Below, piece by piece: positions 1 to 11,789 of a stretch of 64,000 bases of DNA. Made by a program: the position numbers and the translations under genes. Origin of the DNA: Mobula hypostoma (Eukaryota); assembly GCF_963921235.1 (NCBI RefSeq), contig NC_086118.1, forward strand, positions 13,704,001 to 13,768,000, given 5' to 3'. Under the pieces are notes generated by a model, which was given only the letters and a program-made list of their open reading frames with translations, did no database searches and had not been told where the DNA came from. Each line of letters begins with the position of its first letter. Position 1 is the first letter of the stretch.

Positions 1-169
1 TAGAGCTGCTGTCTGTAGTTCCTGGGCCACATCTAGGGCTTGCAGTTACTTGGAGCCACTTCATGTCAAGATAAGAGAACTGTCTATCATTGTGTAGTTT
101 TGTCTCTCCATGTTGTCTCCTCCACTGGGTAGGTCTGGCCGTTTGCCACTACCTTGAGTGGAGAACGGT

Positions 170-404
170 CTCAGTGTTTTGTGCCCTGTGTCTAAGTGGA
201 GTCCCGGCTCTATGTCCTGTGTCCAAGGAGGAGCCCGGCTCAGTGTTCCATTTCCCGTGTCTAAGAAGAGTCCCGGCTCTATGTCCTGTGTCGGAGGAGG
301 AGCCCCGGCTCAGTGCTCTGTGTCCTGTGTCTAAGAAGAGTCCCGGCTCTATGTCCTGTGACCAAGGAGGAGCCCCAGCTCAGTGTTCTGTGTCCTGTGT
401 CTAA
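170..404. repeat. ~70-bp tandem repeat, about 3.4 units
   Basis: CTCAGTG unit starts at 170, 239, 309 and 379; shared core GTGTCTAAG..GAGTCCCGGCTCTATGTCCTGTG. Confidence 0.9.
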
Positions 405-640
405 GTCAAGGGTCAAGTTCCAAGTCCAAGTCAAGAGCCAAGTCCAAGCCAAGTCCGAGTCAAGTCCAAGTCAAGTCCGAGCTAAGTCCGAGTCCAGTCC
501 AAGCCAAGTCAGAGTTCAGACCAAGCCAAGTCCTAGTCCAGTCAAGAGCCAAGTCTAGACCCAGTTACCGAGTCCCTTCCAAGACCCGAGTCCCAAGACA
601 TGACCTGAGTTCCCTGTCAAGTTCAAGTTCAAGTCTCAAA
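405..640. repeat. Degenerate (CAAGTC)n low-complexity array
   Basis: Repeated CAAGTC/CAAGCC/CGAGTC hexamers; source of the spurious SPSQV-rich ORFs. Confidence 0.85.
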
Positions 641-805
641 TCCAAGTGCATGTTTTCCAGTTTGTCACTCTACGTCTACCTTCGAGTTATCATTTTGTCC
701 TCACTGATTGGCTTCCCTAGCATTCTTAATAAACATAGTCAGGTTCCTAGTACTTCAGTGTCTGTGTCTTGCATTTGGATCCGCTTCCATCGCCCCCTTA
801 TGACA

Positions 806-1024
806 CTTCGATCTCCCCATCTGGCATGAAAAATTGTCCCATGGTCAAAGTCACTTAGATCAGAATTCTTCCCTATTCTGATGTTTGGTCTGAGCAACAA
901 CTGAAAGTTCTGACTATGTATGCCTGCTTTTGTGCATTGAGTTGCTGCCACCTGATTGGCTGATTCGATACTTGCATTAATGATCAAGTGTACAGGTGTA
1001 CCTATACAGTGACTGCTGAGTGTA
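806..1024 (-). mobile_element. Tc1/mariner-derived non-autonomous element, right part
   Basis: Matches 5310-5478 and 54980-55176; minus strand encodes Tc1 N-terminal DLSDFDHG; ends in a degenerate TIR ...GCTGAGTG|TA. Confidence 0.75.
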
Positions 1025-1254
1025 TGTGGAAAAGAAAAGAAAATGTTGGTGAAAAATAAACCCAGCCATTATTGAATGCTACAGCAGACTCAATGGGCCA
1101 AATGGTCTTTACCCTGTGGTCTTCTGGGATCCTTGGATCTATGCAGTCCTATCAGTCTCATTTCTCCCTCTTATTTCCCCAGAATCTACACCCTCTCCTA
1201 TAAACGTCACTCCTCCCTGATTCTTCTGCTACCTACGTGATATTTATATTTCCT

Positions 1255-1441
1255 AGTTGACCTAACAACTTGCATATCTTTGGGATGTAGGAGGAAACTG
1301 GTACACCAGAAGGAAATCCACATGGTCACATGGAGAAGAGAAGAGACAAACACCACATAGACAGCACCAGAGCTGAGAATCACACTGGAATCTCTGGAGC
1401 AGCAGCATAGCAGAACTATTTGTTGCACCAGGCTACTGCCT
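1255..1441 (-). mobile_element. V-SINE (HE1-like) fragment
   Basis: TCTTTGGGATGTAGGAGGAAACTGGTACACCAGAAGGAAATCCACATGGTCACATGGAGAA resembles the reverse complement of the V-domain; similar copies elsewhere in the window. Confidence 0.65.
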
Positions 1442-1581
1442 TCCATCCAGGAATTCTCATGGGGAATCTGATTTTAAATTGAGGAACTTAATCATTTCCT
1501 GCTACTTTCTGATGCCCGGATGACTTGGTCTTTCCCCAGAAGCTCTCATCCTAATGAAACGTGAAGCTTAAAATGATCATC

Positions 1582-1771
1582 AACAAGAGAAAATCTGCAA
1601 ATGCTGGAAATCCAAGCAACACACAAAAATGCTGATGGAACTCAGCTGGCCAGGCAGTATCTATGGAAACGAGTAAACAGCTGATGTTTCGTCCCGAAAC
1701 ATTGACTGTTACTCTTTTCAATTGATGCTGTCTGGATTACTGAGCTCCTCCAGCATTTGTGTGTATTGCTC
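1582..1771. mobile_element. Penelope-derived short palindromic (MITE-like) element
   Basis: Imperfect inverted arms 1613-1691 / 1695-1770 homologous to the ends of the 38903-41819 element; one-sided tail AAATCTGCAAATGCTGGAAATCCA; flanks AAAATGATCAT (1570-1580) / ACAATGATTAT (1772-1782). Confidence 0.75.
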
Positions 1772-2809
1772 ACAATGATTATAATCCTTTTACAAATGAC
1801 CTTGGAAACTATTTAGCATAAGAAGTTTTTTGCATCCTCAACGCAGATTATTAAAGATCATTAACTATTAATTTTGACTCGGCCTCTCACTAGGTGCTCA
1901 CTGAGCATCTGAAATTCCACAATTTGTCATTCAGTCCCTATTTCAACCAGTTCAAATTAGGAGTGATATATTACAGCTGAGCTAAAGGATCAGATTCCAC
2001 ATGGTTAAGATTAAAGTATGTCCATAAAGAAACATGAAAGCTACTTAAAATCACATACATTTATTGAAGCAGTGATCTTTGCTGCCCAGCAACTGTGATT
2101 GACTGACAGGTTGTCAAAAGATGGAGAATTGGTTCGGTTGCAGTTGAACTCAAGCTTTGCCTAAGAAGAATAAGCTTGTATTTTGCTATATCACAGGCTT
2201 TACTGTAGCAGTAATGGATTGCACTGCGCACTGTCTTTCTCAGTGCCAGGTTAATACGTTGTGGCACACAGACTTTTGATTTTCCCTTCTTAAATTTTTG
2301 AAGTCTAAAGTTGTTGATCCTGCATGCGTCATAGTTCAAGAGTGTTCAATATTTATCAATGCCAGCACAACCCGCAGACTTAATAGGGCCACCTTGTGCT
2401 CAGAATTAGATGTACATGCTTCAAATGTGTATTCATTTTTACAATGATTTGCACAAAAATGTGTATTTCAGTCATTTGAGGCCAAATGGAGAAAGTATCC
2501 CACTATTTTAGCCTGAGCTTCAGATATGTAAAGAGTTGTAATCAAATTTCTCCCTTATCCAAATAGCTATGGTATACTAATAACGAGAGAGAACAGTAAT
2601 TATGTGAACTGTAATTATGTGCTGATTTAGCAGTTTGAGAACTATTTACTTTAGTAGGTTACTATTTTTCTTTCTGTCTGACTAACCATCTGAGCTAATG
2701 CTCGATATCTTCGTAGGAAAGAAGCCTTCCTCTCAGACCTGATCAACAGAATGAGTTTGATTCTTTGGATACTTTTGACAATGAAAAGTTGCTATTCAAG
2801 AATCATTGC

Positions 2810-3212
2810 TGTAGGAGCCATGCATCTGTTCTCTACCTCATTGTAATCTGTGTATACGTTTATAGTTTATGGTAACTAGTCACATGAGTGGGGCTGTGAT
2901 AAAAGTGAAAGGAATAAGTCACATCTTCATGTTTTGTTCTAGGCAGTTTATAGCTTTGAATCAGCAGATGGTGTACCTTTTGCTAATGCTCAACAATGCT
3001 CTGTAATACTCAGTTACACTTTGCTTACACTTGAGTACACTTACGTTTCATCACTTTAGGATTGTATGTTTGCTAATAAAGAATCGGAATCCGTATCCTC
3101 AAATTTTTGAACAATCATTATAAGAGGGAGGGTGTGTCATGCAAGTATAACAAATCCATGGACCCACCAGCAATGGCAGTTGTTTTGGTTTAGGTTTGGT
3201 TTTGCCACTACA
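2810..3212 (+). mobile_element. Solo LTR, copy 1
   Basis: TGTAG...CTACA termini, AATAAA at ~3075; colinear with the reverse complement of 42616-42974 (e.g. TTTATGGTAACTAGTCACATGAGTGG, GTCATGCAAGTATAACAA). Confidence 0.65.
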
Positions 3213-3454
3213 GCTCCCAAGTTGATAAAACTAGAAGTTTGCCTACCAAGATTGATTGATTGAGTCAGAAGAGGCTGCAAAATGGCAAACTGCAGGAGGA
3301 ACTCAGTGGGCCTTGCAGCATCTGAGAAGGTAAAGAGGTAGCTGACATTTTGGGTTATGACCTTGCATCAGGACCAGGAATGGTTGATTAATGGAGAGGC
3401 TACAGATGCTATCTTCCCGCTTCAGTGAACGTGGTTCAGCCATATTCACCAGTG

Positions 3455-3712
3455 CTGCCAGTGTGGAATTTGTGGAGTTTCCATGTTCTGTCTGTGACTG
3501 TAAGAGCTTCCTCTAAGTATTCTTTTTTCCTCCCATATTGCAATAGCCAACTGACTAGTGTAAATTGTCCCTGATATGTGAATGAGTGGTAGAATCTTGG
3601 GAGTTAAAGAGAACGTAAGAGAACAAAAGGGGGTAAATGTATGTAGGATTACTGTAAATAGTACTTCATGGTTGGTGCAGACGACGTGGGCTGAAGGGAC
3701 TGTTTTCATATT
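3455..3712 (+). mobile_element. V-SINE (HE1-like), old
   Basis: TGTGGAGTTTCCATGTTCT...GTGACTG V-domain and 3' GGGCTGAAGGGACTGTTT. Confidence 0.6.
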
Positions 3713-4389
3713 GCTTCAGAGAGAAAGGACAGATACTGGTAAAAACTTGAGATTATAAATTAACTATTACTCACTATCTTTAGTTGTTGGATCAATCTCA
3801 GTGTGGTCTGACACCCACAGCTGATGAATTTTAGAGCAGCATGTACTCAGCCATAGCAAGTAAAAGGAGATCTTCTGGCAATTACTAAATTCCTCGATGT
3901 TTGAAATTGTTTACTTTTGTTGGAGATTGATAATTTATCTCCCAATTTAGTGCAGTTCATTATCTATCAGAAACCCATATACAAACATACTGAAACCATA
4001 TGCTCTCTAGTAATTTCCCAGTAACTTGCATCCCAGCAAGCATACCAGTGCACACACCTGAAACAGTGAAATAATATCAGAACCATTATTCAGGAGATAA
4101 TTTATTATAGAATAAAACATATGTTTTGTTTTTAACAATAAGCTCAGCTCTAAAAAAACAATACCATGTAACAAAATTATAATGCTGTCTTCAGCAGATT
4201 ATCAGGGTTATCCGGTGACTTTTACTAAACAGGCAAAATGAAATGACCGCATGAATATGCCTTCTTAAAATGTTATTTTTAATTAATTTCTGACATGGTT
4301 GATTTCCTGAAAGACTGGCTGAAGATACAAAGTGTTAATGAAAGATTGAAATCCTCCCAGTTCTTAGATGTTCGATCACTCCTGCAAAT

Positions 4390-4710
4390 ATCTCAAGAGC
4401 TTCACGTGCACTTATGTTATTTCGTAGTGCAATAATCATTGCTAGCGATGCTATTGTAGCAGCCATTTTGTGCAGAACAATCCCACGTACACTGCAGCAG
4501 GAGGTGACAATTTGACCTTTTTCTGAATAATGTTAAGTAGAATTCTCAGCCAGAAATCCTCCCCTGTTCTTTCTGACCAATACCATAGGATTTTTAGCAC
4601 AATTAGATCAGCTTCAACTGGAACTTAGCTCTCTCTTCATGCTTCATTGGAATGTCAGCCTCTGACGCATTTACAGAGGCTTGAAGTTCAGATGATATGA
4701 CTGATGGCAA
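4390..4710 (-). mobile_element. Deu-domain SINE (SacSINE1/AmnSINE1-like), old
   Basis: Ordered blocks GCAGCCATTTTGTGCAGAACAATCCCAC, CTCCCCTGTTCTTTC, CCATAGGATTTT, CATTGGAATGTCAGCCT match my recollection of the reverse-complemented Deu core. Confidence 0.55.
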
Positions 4711-4954
4711 TGCTTAAAAACTTTTGGATGAAAACCTCCTCTCAAACATTTCCTTCCAATTATAGTAAATGGTTCACTAAATATGAATCATTATGCATAG
4801 CACAACACATTTTCAAATTAAATTGATCTTTTATGTGTACATTCATTTAACATATCTCAGCTTTCTGACAATATAATAACCTCTCCTTTTTATGTTCTTT
4901 GCAGATATCAAATACAATCTCACAATTCAATGAGCAATGCTGCGTTCTTGAAAT

Positions 4955-5478
4955 ACAAATAGTTGCCACTTTATTAGGTACCCCCTGTATCTAATAAAGT
5001 GGCAACTGAGTGTATATCATTGGTGTTCTGTTGTCGTAGCCCATCCACTTGAAGGTTTGATGTGTTGTGCAGTTAGAGATGCTCTTCTGCACATCACTGT
5101 TGTAATGCACGGTTGAGTTACTATCGTCTTCCTGTCAGCTTGAACCAGTTTCACCATTCTCCTCTGACCTCTCTCATTAACAGGGCATTTTTTTCCCACA
5201 GAACTGTCGCTCACTGGATGTTTCTTGTTACTCACACTACTCTCTGTAAACTCTAAAGAATATTGTGCATGAAAATTCCAGGAGATCATAGTTTCTAAGA
5301 TACTTAATACACCCCATCTGGCACCAACAAGCATTCCACAGTCAAAGTCATTTAATCACCTTTCTTCTCCATTCTGATGTTTGGTCTGAATGACAACTGG
5401 ACATCTTGTCTATGACTGCATGCTTTTATGAATTGAGTTGCTGTTACATCATTGGCTGATTAGATGTTTGCATTAATT
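4955..5478 (-). mobile_element. Tc1-derived non-autonomous element with truncated transposase HTH remnant
   Basis: TIR GCCACTTTATTAG; ORF 5017-5334 contains Tc1-like VGARWG and NERGQRRMVKLVQADRK; homologous to 54635-55176. Confidence 0.8.
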
Positions 5479-5489
5479 TTGAATCATAT

Positions 5490-6790
5490 TTGGAAGTTAG
5501 ACCATCTTCTTTCTTCATGGAAATGGCAGTAGTAGTGCCTACTCTAAAACCTGGGAAACCTCCCCCCCATCAGATCCTTCTAGTTACAGGCCAGTATCAT
5601 TAATGTCTCATTTATGTAATCTTACGGAACGTATGGTAATAGAGCATTTGAATTACGTTTTGGAAAGGCAAGGCGATATCACATTTTATCGGCGTGGATT
5701 TTGGAAGAGTAGAATCACATTGGATTCAGTTTTATGTTTGAAAGGCGACATTAGGAAAGCACAGGTAAATAAAGAAGCTGTAATAGCAGTATGTTTTGAT
5801 ATTGAAAAGGCATATGATATGTTATGGAAGGAAGGACTTTTGATTAAATTATGGAAATTAAGAGTGAGGACTTTTGAATAAATTATGGAAATTAAGAGAA
5901 ATTAAGATTGTATTATTTTTTCCGAGTTTTTTATTTGGATGGCCAGTGCAGGTATGGGTAGGCAAGGTATATTTCAGGTTTCTATGAGATAGAGAATGGA
6001 ACCCCACAAGGCAATATTTGTAGCCCTTTATTATTTAATATTATGATTAATGACATTTTCTCTGGGATAGGTACTGGGGCAGTAAATCACTATATGATGG
6101 ACTCTATTAATTGAAGGTAAAAATTGCAATTTAACTGCATATAGGATGCAATTAGTGATTAATAAGGTAAAACAGTGGGCATATAGATGAGGATTTAAGC
6201 TTTCAGTAGCTAAAACACAAATTATGTGCTTTATAAAATGGATTAATAGAACTACACTTGATTTGAAATGATATGGTCAAACACTTGAAGAATTGTCAGT
6301 GGTAAGATTTATAGGCATTTGGGTGGATAATAAACTGACATGGAAGCATCATAACAGTTAAATAATTGATACATGTAAAGGAGCATCAAATATTCTTAGG
6401 TGCCTACGTGGATATTCTTGGGGTACTACACAAAACTCTTTGTTGACCATATATATTTGTTTAATTAGATCTATTCTTGATTATGGGTTTGTGGCAAATG
6501 GATCAGCTTCATCTTCAATATGAAAATGTTTGGATACCATACAAGCACAGGCTTTAGGGTTGTATTGTGGTGCAATAAGGTTGTCCCTATTCCGGCTTTA
6601 CTAGTTGAATTGAGACAATTATCCTTTTGATTGTAGACAGTGAAGTTGATGATAACATACTGGAATAATTTGAGGGGGTAAATAAATAATCATCCTGTTA
6701 AGGGTGTGTTGGAGAAATGTTGGGAACATCACAAGAAGAGTGTTTTTAGTTTTGGGTGACTGGGTTTTTATCACACTATGAATATGTTGC
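5490..6790 (+). mobile_element. Decayed I-group (Nimb-like) LINE, RT region
   Basis: KPGKP..DPSSYRPVSLMSHLC, AVCFDIEKAYDMLW, GTPQG, IRSILDYG motifs with many stops and frameshifts. Confidence 0.7.
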
Positions 6791-6829
6791 CTCTGATAGA
6801 ATACTTTTTTAATTTCAAGGGATGTGGAC

Positions 6830-9800
6830 TTCACATGCTGAGCCAGCATTTAATTGCTTATCCTTAATGATCCTTAAGTGGTCCATGGTGAGCTTCCTTC
6901 TTGAACTGCTGCAGGTCTTGATGTGTGACATTAGATCCATTGATGATGAGGGAATGGTGATATATTTCCATATTCATTCTTTGGGGCACTCGCACAGTGG
7001 ATGTTTGTGAAGAAGAAGAATTTCTGGATGTATATTGTATATATTTGGCATTAAATGTACCTAGTGAAACCTATTTTATGTGTGACTTGGGAAGCCATCT
7101 CCAGACGGTGGTGTTACAATGCTTTTCCTTCCCTTGTCCTTCTAGCTAGTAGAGATTGTAGGTTTGGAAGGTGCTGTCTAAGGAGACTTGGTGAATTGCT
7201 GCAGTCCATCTCGCAGTTGGTGTAAACTGCCGCTACTCTGTGTCAGTGGTGGTATGAGTGAATGGTTACAGATGGGGTGCCTGTCTTTCTTTATTAATCT
7301 TTTTATTGATTTAGAAAGAGCATATATACAAACCAGAGGAGAATTATCTCAAATACATATATATATATCGATAACAACACAAACAGAAAGTGAAATAGAC
7401 ATTATCAAAATCATACATAGTATTAAGCAAGATAATTAATTCTCCTCTTATCAATTCATAGAGAGTGAGAAAAAAAAGTAAATTTTAAAATGAGAAGAAA
7501 AAAAAAACCACTACACTAGAAGAAAAAAAGGAAGAAAAAAGGGGACTGGGAAGTCCATTCTGAGGATACGACTTTCTGATCAAATCTAAAACTTCGAAAA
7601 GAAATAATTGGAAGAGTAATAAATCAAATCAAATGAAAATATTGAATAAAAGGTCACCAGATTTGCTCAAATGTAAAGGATGTATCAAATATCTGACTTC
7701 TTATTTTCTCTAAAGTTAAACAGGACTTAACGGAGGAAAGCCAAAAAAAAAAGACAATAGGTGGATTAGAATCCTTCCATTTCAATAAAATGGCTCTCCT
7801 AACCAATAAAGTTGAAAAGGCTATCATACATTGAGCAGAAACAGGAATATTTCCTGCTTCCGATGGGATAATCCCAAAGATTTCCGTAAGTAAATTAGGT
7901 TGTAGGTCCAGATCCAAGACTTTTGATAGCATTTTAAAAAACATCTCTTAAAAATTGTCTAGCTTTATACAAGACCAAAACGTATGAGTTAAAGTGTCCA
8001 CCTCAATATTACGTCTATCACAAATAAGTAAGACTACTCCACCTTATCAAAGGCTTTCTCTGCATCAAGAAACAACACATTCAGATTCTTCAGATGGAGA
8101 AGAGTGAAAAATGTTTAATAATCTTCGAATGTTAAAATGTGAATATCTATTTTTAATAAATCCAGTTTGATCATTGGAAATAACACTAAGTAAAATACTC
8201 TCAAGTCTATTCACCAAGATCTTAGAAAGAATTTTAAAATCCACATTCAGTAGAGAGATTGGTCTACAGGAAGCACATTCAGATAAATCTTTTTCTTTTT
8301 TAGGAATTAATGAGATTGATGCTTCATAAAATGTTTTCGGAAGAATCCCGCAGGATATAGAGTCGGTGAAAATTGGACATAAATGAAGTGTGAGTATTTC
8401 AGTGAAAGTCTTATAGAATTCCACTGTATATTCATCCGGTCCCGGGGCCTTACCTGGTCGGGAAGAGGATTTAGTCCTTGCTATTTCCTCTTGTTTAACA
8501 GGTGTATCTAATGTATTCATATCTTGAAAGGAAATTTTAGGTATATGCAATTTTTGCAAAAGTCTATTCCTAAAAGTAATATTGTCAGAAAATTCAGATT
8601 TATAAAGATTAGAGTAGAAATACATAAATGCCTTATTAATTTCATAAGGATCTACTGTTTCAGTTCTATCAGGTCTTCGTATTTTCAGGATCTGTCCTCC
8701 AGCTATATTTGCTTTTAATTGACCAGCCAATAATTTGCCCGACCTGTCCCCATGTATATAAAATTGACTTTTAGATTTAAGAAGTTGCTGCTTAATGGGA
8801 AAAGTCAAAAGCAAATCATGCTGTGTTTAGAGTCCCACTCTTTCCTTAAAGAGATCTTCACTAGGTATTACTGAATAAACTTTATCTGTTTTGTTAATCC
8901 TATTAGTAATCACTAAAAGTTCTGCCTTGGTTTTCCTTCTGAAACCTACTGAGTATGAAATTATGTGTCCCCTAAGAAAAGATCTCATTGTATCCCAAAT
9001 AAACAAATTTGACATTCCCTCAGTTGCATTTAATTCAAAATTTGCTTTTTAATAAAATTTACAAAGGTTGAATCTTGTAGCAATGAAACATTAAATCTCC
9101 ACTGAGGTAACTTCAGAATATTATCAGAAAACTCCAAAGTTAGTTTCATAGGTGCATGATCTGACAGTGCAATCATATCATACGCACAATCAGCAACAGA
9201 GGGCACCAATCGCGTGTCCAGCAAAAAATAATCAATTCTTTAAGGTATACATGTAAAAAAAAAGAAAACTCTTTTTCTTTAGGATGTCTAAATCTCCAAA
9301 TATCCAAATATCCAAATATCCACCAACCCATACTCTAATAAAAAAGAATTACTACAAGTCGCAGCTTTATTAGGAAGCGACGGATTGGTGGGATGATCTG
9401 TCAATCGACGGACTGAGACAGCAGATAAAGTCACCACCCATAATCAACTTGTATTCATTTAAATTCGGCAGCACAGAAAACAGCTTCTTAAAAAATTCAG
9501 AGCTATCTGTATTTGGTGCACAGACACACACCAAAGCCAAATTTGAGCAAATAACAGACCAGCAACAATTAAATATCTTCTAATTAAATCAGTAACAGTA
9601 TTAAAATGAACTAAAGGGATTTTAGAATTATTAAAAATAGATACCTCTTATTTTACTTACTGATAAAGACTGAAATAAGGGTCCCTTCCAAAATTTGAAA
9701 AAACGATTTTCATCCTGCCTGCAGATGTGAGTCTCCTGCGCAAAAATAATATCCGCTTTTTTAATTTCTTAAAAATCTTTCTGCACTTAATAGGTTGGTT

Positions 9801-10440
9801 CTTTCCGTTCAAATTCCAAGATATTATATTCAATTTATTAAGATCCATATTTAAAGTTTAATTTAAAAATCTTATAATGTAAGATAATGCGCAGGCGCAA
9901 ACTAAATCCGAAGAAAGGACAAAGCATGACTCGATCAGAAAGAAAAGCAAGATAATTGACAAAAAAAACCTCTCAAGACTGCCCAGTCAAAAAAAACTAA
10001 TTAATAGATCCACCCTCTCCCCCCAAAACCCAGAAACTGTCCAATAGGGGGACATCATGCTATTTTAATGACCCTTGACCCCTGTCTCCAGATAGCAGCC
10101 CCTGCTTACAAAGTAATGCGTTACCACCACCAAAAAGACATAACAAAGAGTACATAAAGAAATAAACAGACTCCAATTATTTTCATATTATGTCTAACAA
10201 TAGTTAAAACCGAACTAACGACGGCCATTTTAAATCCACTTAAGATACGTAACCATATATTGACAAAAAGATAAATCCAACCAATTAATATACTACAACT
10301 AATGTTATAGACTTACAAATCAAAGAAAATGGGGTGCCTGTCAAATGTGTTGTTATGCCCTATATGGTGCGGAGCTTCTTGAGTTTTGTTAAAACTGCAC
10401 TTATCGAGGCAAGTGGATTCTATTCCACTGGTTATCAGCA
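6830..10440 (-). mobile_element. Old LINE remnant (6830-7285 and 10329-10440) split by the L1 insertion
   Basis: Sequence continues across the duplicated ATGGGGTGCCTGTC; family assignment (CR1/L2-type) is uncertain. Confidence 0.45.
7286..10328 (-). mobile_element. 5'-truncated L1-clade LINE with decayed ORF2 (APE endonuclease, RT, C-terminal Cys domain) and an internal deletion
   Basis: IISWNLNG (9657-9848), SDHAP, KAPGPD..TVEFYK, RPISLLNVDFKILSKIL, EKAFDKV, THTFWSC; A-rich 3' end with AATAAA; perfect 14-bp TSD at 7272-7285 and 10329-10342. Confidence 0.92.
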
Positions 10441-10907
10441 AAGACTGGAAAAGCTGCGTTTTGCTTCCTTTGAGAAGGGAGTGTGGAAGAGAGTTTTTCG
10501 TGGTCCTTTGCCAGGGAGAGGTGAGGAGAGAAGATGCGAATGGAGAGAGTTGGTAGACCGCCGGACAGAGTAGACTTGGAGCGGGGGTCCAAAGGTTAGC
10601 GACAATCGGAGGAGCTCGATGGTGGATGAACGGCTTATCAGTGAGCTCCAATGTTTGTGCATTAGACTGTTCCATGAAAATGGGCCCTTTTTCTTTTTTT
10701 TGTTTCCTTTACTAACCATATAGTCAAATTAAGAATTATAAAGTTCAATCGTTTAATCACATATTGTGTACTGTTTGTTATTTCAGGGTACTGATTTGTA
10801 ACAGGGGATACATCGCGCAGCATGCACCCAAACGAGATTTCTTAAGTTTTGCCAGGCCAGGGGCTATCACCCCCTATATTAAGCCACTAGCCGAAGCGAG
10901 AGTTACA
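10440..10907 (+). mobile_element. Probable LTR fragment
   Basis: CpG-retaining segment ending in ...GAGAGTTACA, with an AT-rich polyA-signal-like stretch at ~10735; no 5' TG or TSD found. Confidence 0.35.
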
Positions 10908-11789
10908 GTAGCTAAGCCACACATGAAGACAAGGAGCAGGACTAGATTGTCAGAGGCTATTTGAGTCGCACATCATTGGCAAGGTTTAATAAGTCATGGT
11001 GGCTTGTCTCCACTACCCCTCCTGGCTGTAACAACCTTAAGGAACCCAGAAAGAAATTAAATTGGTGAATTTAGTTGATAAATTTGTTTACGATTGTCAC
11101 GTGTACCAATGTACAGTAGAAAACTTTGTTTTCATGTCATCCATGCAGACCTTTTCATCAAGCCATGACATCGCAGTAGTACAAGGGGAGATCAATAACA
11201 AAATGCAAATATAGGCTTACAGTTACAGAGAAAGTGTAGGCAGACAATAAGGTGCAAATCCATGATGAAGTAGATTGTGAGAACAAAAGTCCATCTTATC
11301 ATAAAAAGGCAGGATGAATTAGTTAAACTATCTTCCTTTGAGGTGTCTGGAAGCCATGAGAAGAACTGTATAGTTTTGAACTAAGAGGAACATTATAACA
11401 AAGATAAGACTGTAACAGCATGGTTATATCTGGACCCGAGAATCACAACTTAGTATTGATGTGACAGCAGCTGCTTTTTATGTATTCAGAAGAACAGAAT
11501 TTCTTTAATCCTTTTGAAATATGGCCTTACTAAAGCATGCCCAAGTTTTTTTCTGGTCTCCTGTGTGAGTATTGTTGTCTGACTGTTACATTTCATGCAA
11601 TAGGCTGCTTTATAATATAATCGGATTAAATTTTCATATCAAAACCCTGTGGGTACTTTTCAAGGTGAATTTCTGCAAATCCAATTAGATTTTTTTTTCT
11701 GTTTCATGGTGAAGTACTCTGTTATTTCTTTCACCAGCTGACTTCCTTTTTCAGCCTATCACAGACTTCTCTTCAGTTCTTTGCTTACT

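Larger units (their letters stand above)
1..805 (+). mobile_element. 3' part of an LTR (Gypsy/ERV-type, probably solo), truncated by the window edge and inserted into a Tc1-derived MITE
   Basis: Internal tandem repeats, AATAAA at 728-733, terminus ...CCCCCTTATGACA ending in CA at 805. The sequence then switches abruptly to the Tc1-derived family also seen at 4955 and 54635. Confidence 0.55.

Noticed and set aside
170..404. Regularly spaced repeats resembling a CRISPR array
   Set aside because: Intervening sequences repeat too (no unique spacers), no cas genes, vertebrate context.
90..829. ORFs of 81-148 aa with repetitive peptides
   Set aside because: Translations of the 70-bp and CAAGTC tandem repeats; no protein signature.
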